A stretch of 64,000 nt of DNA from an uncultured Chlamydiae bacterium (GTDB taxonomy: Bacteria > Chlamydiota > Chlamydiia > Chlamydiales > SM23-39). Both the position numbers and the translations under genes were made by a program. The notes beneath the pieces are model-generated. The model was not told the origin of the DNA, did no database searches, and worked only from the letters and a program-made list of their open reading frames with translations. Below, in pieces: positions 60,591-64,000 of the stretch; positions within the stretch are counted from its first letter, which is position 1; each line of letters begins with the position of its first letter. The stretch covers positions 32,001 through 96,000 of the forward strand of contig CAVSSM010000009.1 of NCBI GenBank assembly GCA_963730605.1. The letters run 5' to 3'.

Positions 60591-61432
60591 TCGATCAGCC
60601 ATTCGAGGAATCGGATGTAGGGGTGGCTTACGTACCTTTTGAAAAATTTGGCTATAAACCAAGGGTGACGGCGAGATTTGCCGAGCTGGATTTCGAGTGT
60701 CCTCCATTTTTCAAAGTGCCAGGCGATTGAGGGCCTGGTAGCCGCTTGAATCGCTTGGTAAATGAGGTCTCCTCGAAAATATCGATCCGTCCGGCTGATT
60801 CTTTCTTGGATCCGATAGGGGAGGTCCGAGGGCCATTCAAGAAAAGGTTTAGCGCGGGGCTTCGTTATATCCACTTTGAGAGGGCGCCCCTTCTTTAGAC
60901 GTTTGCTCTCGATGATAATTTCCATCTGGTCGTAGAAATAGGAGCCGACCCGCTGAAACGAAAAGAAATAGCAAGTTTGGCCGCGAAGAAATTCTTCGGC
61001 AGCCCGGAGAGAGCGCCTGTTGAAGATCCGGTCGTCCAGCAGCCAGACGACGTCATAGCCCATTTTTCCGTAATCGATGATTCTGGTTTTGGCTTCCGAC
61101 ATCTCCAGGGAAGAGCATTGGATTTCAAAAGCAATTTTTTCTTTTTCCCAAAGCAGGTCGGCGATCCGGTGGACTGTGAAAAAGGGCCTTTCGATTTGGG
61201 CCGTTTCACACCCAAGGACCTTTTGTAGCTGAAGCTGTAGGATCAAGTGGTCTTCGCTTTTGCTATAGAGATGGCACCTCGGCGATCTTTGCAGATGGTA
61301 AAAATGGGGGATCCGATCCCGGCCCCGCCTCGCTTTGACCGGGGCCGAACATTCCAAGCACCTGTAGGAGCCCCCGGGCTTGGCGTCGGCGGCAAAAATA
61401 TAGCCATCCCCATCAGATGCGTAAAGGGCCAT
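60569..61432 (-). CDS. CoiA-family nuclease-like protein
   Basis: CLEC...PHFYH...C...H zinc motif; IADL...AFEIQCS PD-(D/E)xK-like core. Confidence 0.85.
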   Translation of the reverse strand: MALYASDGDGYIFAADAKPGGSYRCLECSAPVKARRGRDRIPHFYHLQRSPRCHLYSKSEDHLILQLQLQKVLGCETAQIERPFFTVHRIADLLWEKEKIAFEIQCSSLEMSEAKTRIIDYGKMGYDVVWLLDDRIFNRRSLRAAEEFLRGQTCYFFSFQRVGSYFYDQMEIIIESKRLKKGRPLKVDITKPRAKPFLEWPSDLPYRIQERISRTDRYFRGDLIYQAIQAATRPSIAWHFEKWRTLEIQLGKSRRHPWFIAKFFKRYVSHPYIRFLEWLIDQVNNDG

Positions 61433-61471
61433 TATGATTGCATTGCAATTAATCTCTAGAGGTATATGATA

Positions 61472-61500
61472 TTGACAGAAAGGGAATCTGGACCCAAAAT
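61472..61500 (+). promoter_or_regulatory. Sigma66-type promoter of rpoD
   Basis: TTGACA-N17-CAAAAT. Confidence 0.6.
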
Positions 61501-61554
61501 ATTTTCATTCTTTCGACGATTTTTTTTGATTACCCCCTTATTTTTTAGGAAAGC

Positions 61555-63213
61555 ATGAGCGCTACCACAACTTTTAGCAACCCCCAGCACCAGCAGAAAA
61601 TCGAAGAATTGGTTGCCATTGCCAAAGAGCAAGGGTATCTCACGTACGAGGAGATCAATGAAATCCTCCCTATGACCTTCGATTCTCCTGAGCAGATCGA
61701 CCAAGTCCTGATCTACCTCAGCGGGATGGATATCCAGGTGCTGAACCAATCGGAAGTAGAAAGGCAAAAAGAGCGCAAAAAAGAGGCAAAAGAGCTTGAA
61801 GGCCTTCCTAAGAGGACCGAAGGGACCTCCGACGATCCCGTACGGATGTACCTTAAGGAGATGGGATCCGTGCCTCTTCTTACCCGCGAAGAGGAGGTGG
61901 AAATTTCCAAACGGATCGAAAAAGCCCAGATCCAAATCGAAAAAATCATCATGAGGTTCCGCTATTCGATCCGGGAAGCGATTTCGATCGCGTTGCATTT
62001 GATGGGGGGCAAGGAGCGGTTCGACAAGATCATTTCCGAGAAGGAAGTCTCCGACAAGGGGCTTTTCCTGAATCTTATGCCTAAGCTCTGCGATCTCATG
62101 AAAATCGAGGATCAACTTCTCGAAAAACTTCTTGTGCAAAGCAGAGACCCAAACATTAAGAAGGAAGAACGGGCAGAACTTCTGGAGAATCTCGAGAAAT
62201 GCCGCATCCGCTCTCAGGCCTACTTACGCCGTTTTTGCTGCCGCCATAACATCATCGAGGACTTCGGCGAGGTGATTCTCAACGCCTATGACCGCTTTTT
62301 GCAGTTGGAAAAAGAAATCCAGGAATTGACACCGCGCGCTGAAAAGAACAAGTTCGCCGCCGCAAAGCTAGGGGCGGCAAAACGGAAGCTCTATAAGCGG
62401 GAGCTCGCCGCGGGGCGCAATCTCGAAGAATTTAAAAAAGACGTCCGGATGCTGCAGAGATGGATGGACAAGAGCCAGGAAGCGAAGCGGGAAATGGTCG
62501 AATCCAACCTCCGCCTCGTGATCTCGATCGCGAAGAAATACACGAACCGGGGCCTCTCCTTCCTCGACCTGATCCAAGAAGGCAATATGGGCCTTATGAA
62601 AGCGGTCGAAAAATTCGAGTACCGGAGAGGTTATAAGTTTTCCACTTACGCGACCTGGTGGATTCGCCAAGCCGTGACCCGTGCGATTGCCGATCAAGCC
62701 CGGACGATCCGCATCCCCGTCCACATGATCGAAACGATTAATAAAGTGCTGCGGGGAGCCAAAAAGCTGATGATGGAAACCGGCCGTGAACCCACGCCGG
62801 AAGAGCTTGCCAATGAACTCGGGCTTACTCCGGAACGGGTCCGGGAAATCTATAAAATCGCCCAGCATCCAATCTCCCTGCAAGCCGAAGTCGGCGACGG
62901 CGGAGAGAGCCAATTCGGGGATTTTCTCGAAGATACGGCGATCGAATCTCCGGCAGAAGCGACCGGCTATGCGATTTTAAAGGACAAAATGGGGGAGGTC
63001 CTCGCGACGCTCACCGATCGCGAAAGGACGGTTCTTATCGAGCGCTTTGGCCTTCTTGACGGCAAGCCGAAGACTTTGGAAGAGGTGGGAGTTCGTTTCA
63101 AGGTGACTCGCGAGCGGGTTCGCCAAATCGAAGCAAAAGCGCTGCGTAAAATGCGCCATCCCACGAGAGCCAAGCAGCTTCAGGCATTCCTTGACCTTCT
63201 CGAAGGCGAGTAA
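61555..63213 (+). CDS. rpoD: Primary sigma factor (sigma66)
   Basis: [43 protein letters not shown]. Confidence 0.98.
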   Translation: MSATTTFSNPQHQQKIEELVAIAKEQGYLTYEEINEILPMTFDSPEQIDQVLIYLSGMDIQVLNQSEVERQKERKKEAKELEGLPKRTEGTSDDPVRMYLKEMGSVPLLTREEEVEISKRIEKAQIQIEKIIMRFRYSIREAISIALHLMGGKERFDKIISEKEVSDKGLFLNLMPKLCDLMKIEDQLLEKLLVQSRDPNIKKEERAELLENLEKCRIRSQAYLRRFCCRHNIIEDFGEVILNAYDRFLQLEKEIQELTPRAEKNKFAAAKLGAAKRKLYKRELAAGRNLEEFKKDVRMLQRWMDKSQEAKREMVESNLRLVISIAKKYTNRGLSFLDLIQEGNMGLMKAVEKFEYRRGYKFSTYATWWIRQAVTRAIADQARTIRIPVHMIETINKVLRGAKKLMMETGREPTPEELANELGLTPERVREIYKIAQHPISLQAEVGDGGESQFGDFLEDTAIESPAEATGYAILKDKMGEVLATLTDRERTVLIERFGLLDGKPKTLEEVGVRFKVTRERVRQIEAKALRKMRHPTRAKQLQAFLDLLEGE

Positions 63214-63223
63214 TATTCCCTTA

Positions 63224-63410
63224 ACGCGAGTTTCGGATAACAAAGTAGAGCTGATCTGCAAATCCTCGCTGGCAGATTTGGAGCGGCAAAGAAACGCGCC
63301 AAAGGCCGCGCTCGCCCGTAGGGGCGTTCCTCTATGGGCTTCGCCCGGCCGCTTAAAATCTGAGAGAGCGATCCCTTTGCATCTCAGCCTTTGTTATCCG
63401 AAACTCGCGT
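63224..63410. mobile_element. Palindromic MITE-like element, family B (187 bp)
   Basis: Perfect 22-bp TIR ACGCGAGTTTCGGATAACAAAG; internally self-complementary. Confidence 0.85.
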
Positions 63411-63415
63411 CTATA

Positions 63416-63432
63416 TGTAAAAGTGCTTTACA
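63416..63432. repeat. 17-bp palindrome TGTAAAAGTGCTTTACA (parS-like, copy 6)
   Basis: Same arms and 5-nt spacer as the other copies. Confidence 0.75.
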
Positions 63433-63491
63433 TTCGCCCCTCATCTTGGTAGGAGAAAGGGCGGCAGCATATTTTTCAAAGGGAAGGGAGT

Positions 63492-63797
63492 GTGAAAAAA
63501 ATAAAACCCAAAAAACAATGGCTTGGAGTTGGCCTGATCTTTGTCGGCGTCATTGCTCTTTTTATAGCCTATTCCATCAAAGGAAGAGTGGGCGAAGAAA
63601 TGGGGAATGTCAGATCGTTCACCAGCCCACTTTCCAACGCGGGCGAGGGCGGTAGAACGGCCAGCGGTATCATTGAAGAAAGGGCCAGCGGAGAGGCCGG
63701 AGGATACTTGCAAGGAGCCCAATTCTTCACCATAGGGGGAATTGTCCTCATCGTTGCAGGCGCAGCCGCGCTTTTCATGTATAGGAAGAAGAAATAG
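63492..63797 (+). CDS. Small two-TM hypothetical protein
   Basis: GTG start after GGGAG; two hydrophobic helices with basic termini. Confidence 0.7.
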   Translation: MKKIKPKKQWLGVGLIFVGVIALFIAYSIKGRVGEEMGNVRSFTSPLSNAGEGGRTASGIIEERASGEAGGYLQGAQFFTIGGIVLIVAGAAALFMYRKKK

Positions 63798-63803
63798 GGC
63801 GTT

Positions 63804-63876
63804 TGGAGCGTAACGGGATCGAACCGTTGACCTCAACAATGCCATTGTTGCGCTCTACCAACTGAGCTAACGCCCC
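63804..63876 (-). tRNA. tRNA-Ala(GGC)
   Basis: GGGGCGTTAGCTCAGTTGGTAGAGCG-CAACAATGGCATTGTTG-...GGTTCGATCCC...GCTCCA; G3:U70 pair. Confidence 0.97.
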
Positions 63877-64000
63877 CAAAGACCCTCAATATTTTAGGTG
63901 CGAAGCGTATTTTGGTTCAAGGCGGTTTCTTCAAATTTCCTCTGATTGTACAATTGCCGAAAAAACAAGGGGTTCGGGTAAAATGTTTTTTCATGAAGTC

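Noticed and set aside
63191..63655. 154-aa ORF after rpoD, and ORFs within 51561-51941
   Set aside because: Reading frames through palindromic elements; not supported as genes
260..63845. Numerous antisense or alternate-frame ORFs in the track
   Set aside because: Shadow ORFs of well-supported genes without motifs

Overview
Chromosomal window from an environmental member of the phylum Chlamydiota. The gene order (thyX-hemB, greA, dus-yggT, ygfA-recA, ispA-glmU-like, thrS-parA-pGP6D, recCBD, rpsT, rpoD) matches, from recalled C. trachomatis gene order, the origin-proximal region of Chlamydia. It holds about 55 CDS and two tRNAs (Pro-GGG, Ala-GGC); no CRISPR, rRNA or transposase was seen. Highlights: (1) a 17-bp palindrome TGTAAAGC-N-GCTTTACA occurs six times, both inside and between genes, around a DnaA-box cluster (candidate oriC, ~27.8 kb) and near a parA/pGP6-D operon, making it a candidate non-canonical chlamydial centromere (parS-like) system; (2) a bioBFDA operon ends in a ferritin-like di-iron (BioE-type) gene and faces a divergent wHTH + beta-barrel regulator with two operator-like palindromes, and bioA carries an in-frame stop; (3) two families of short palindromic MITE-like elements, one with compensatory stem changes; (4) a large conserved chlamydial hypothetical protein with papain-like Q/C/H/N motifs, split at an A8 run; (5) many indels in thrS and parA that are probably consensus errors.
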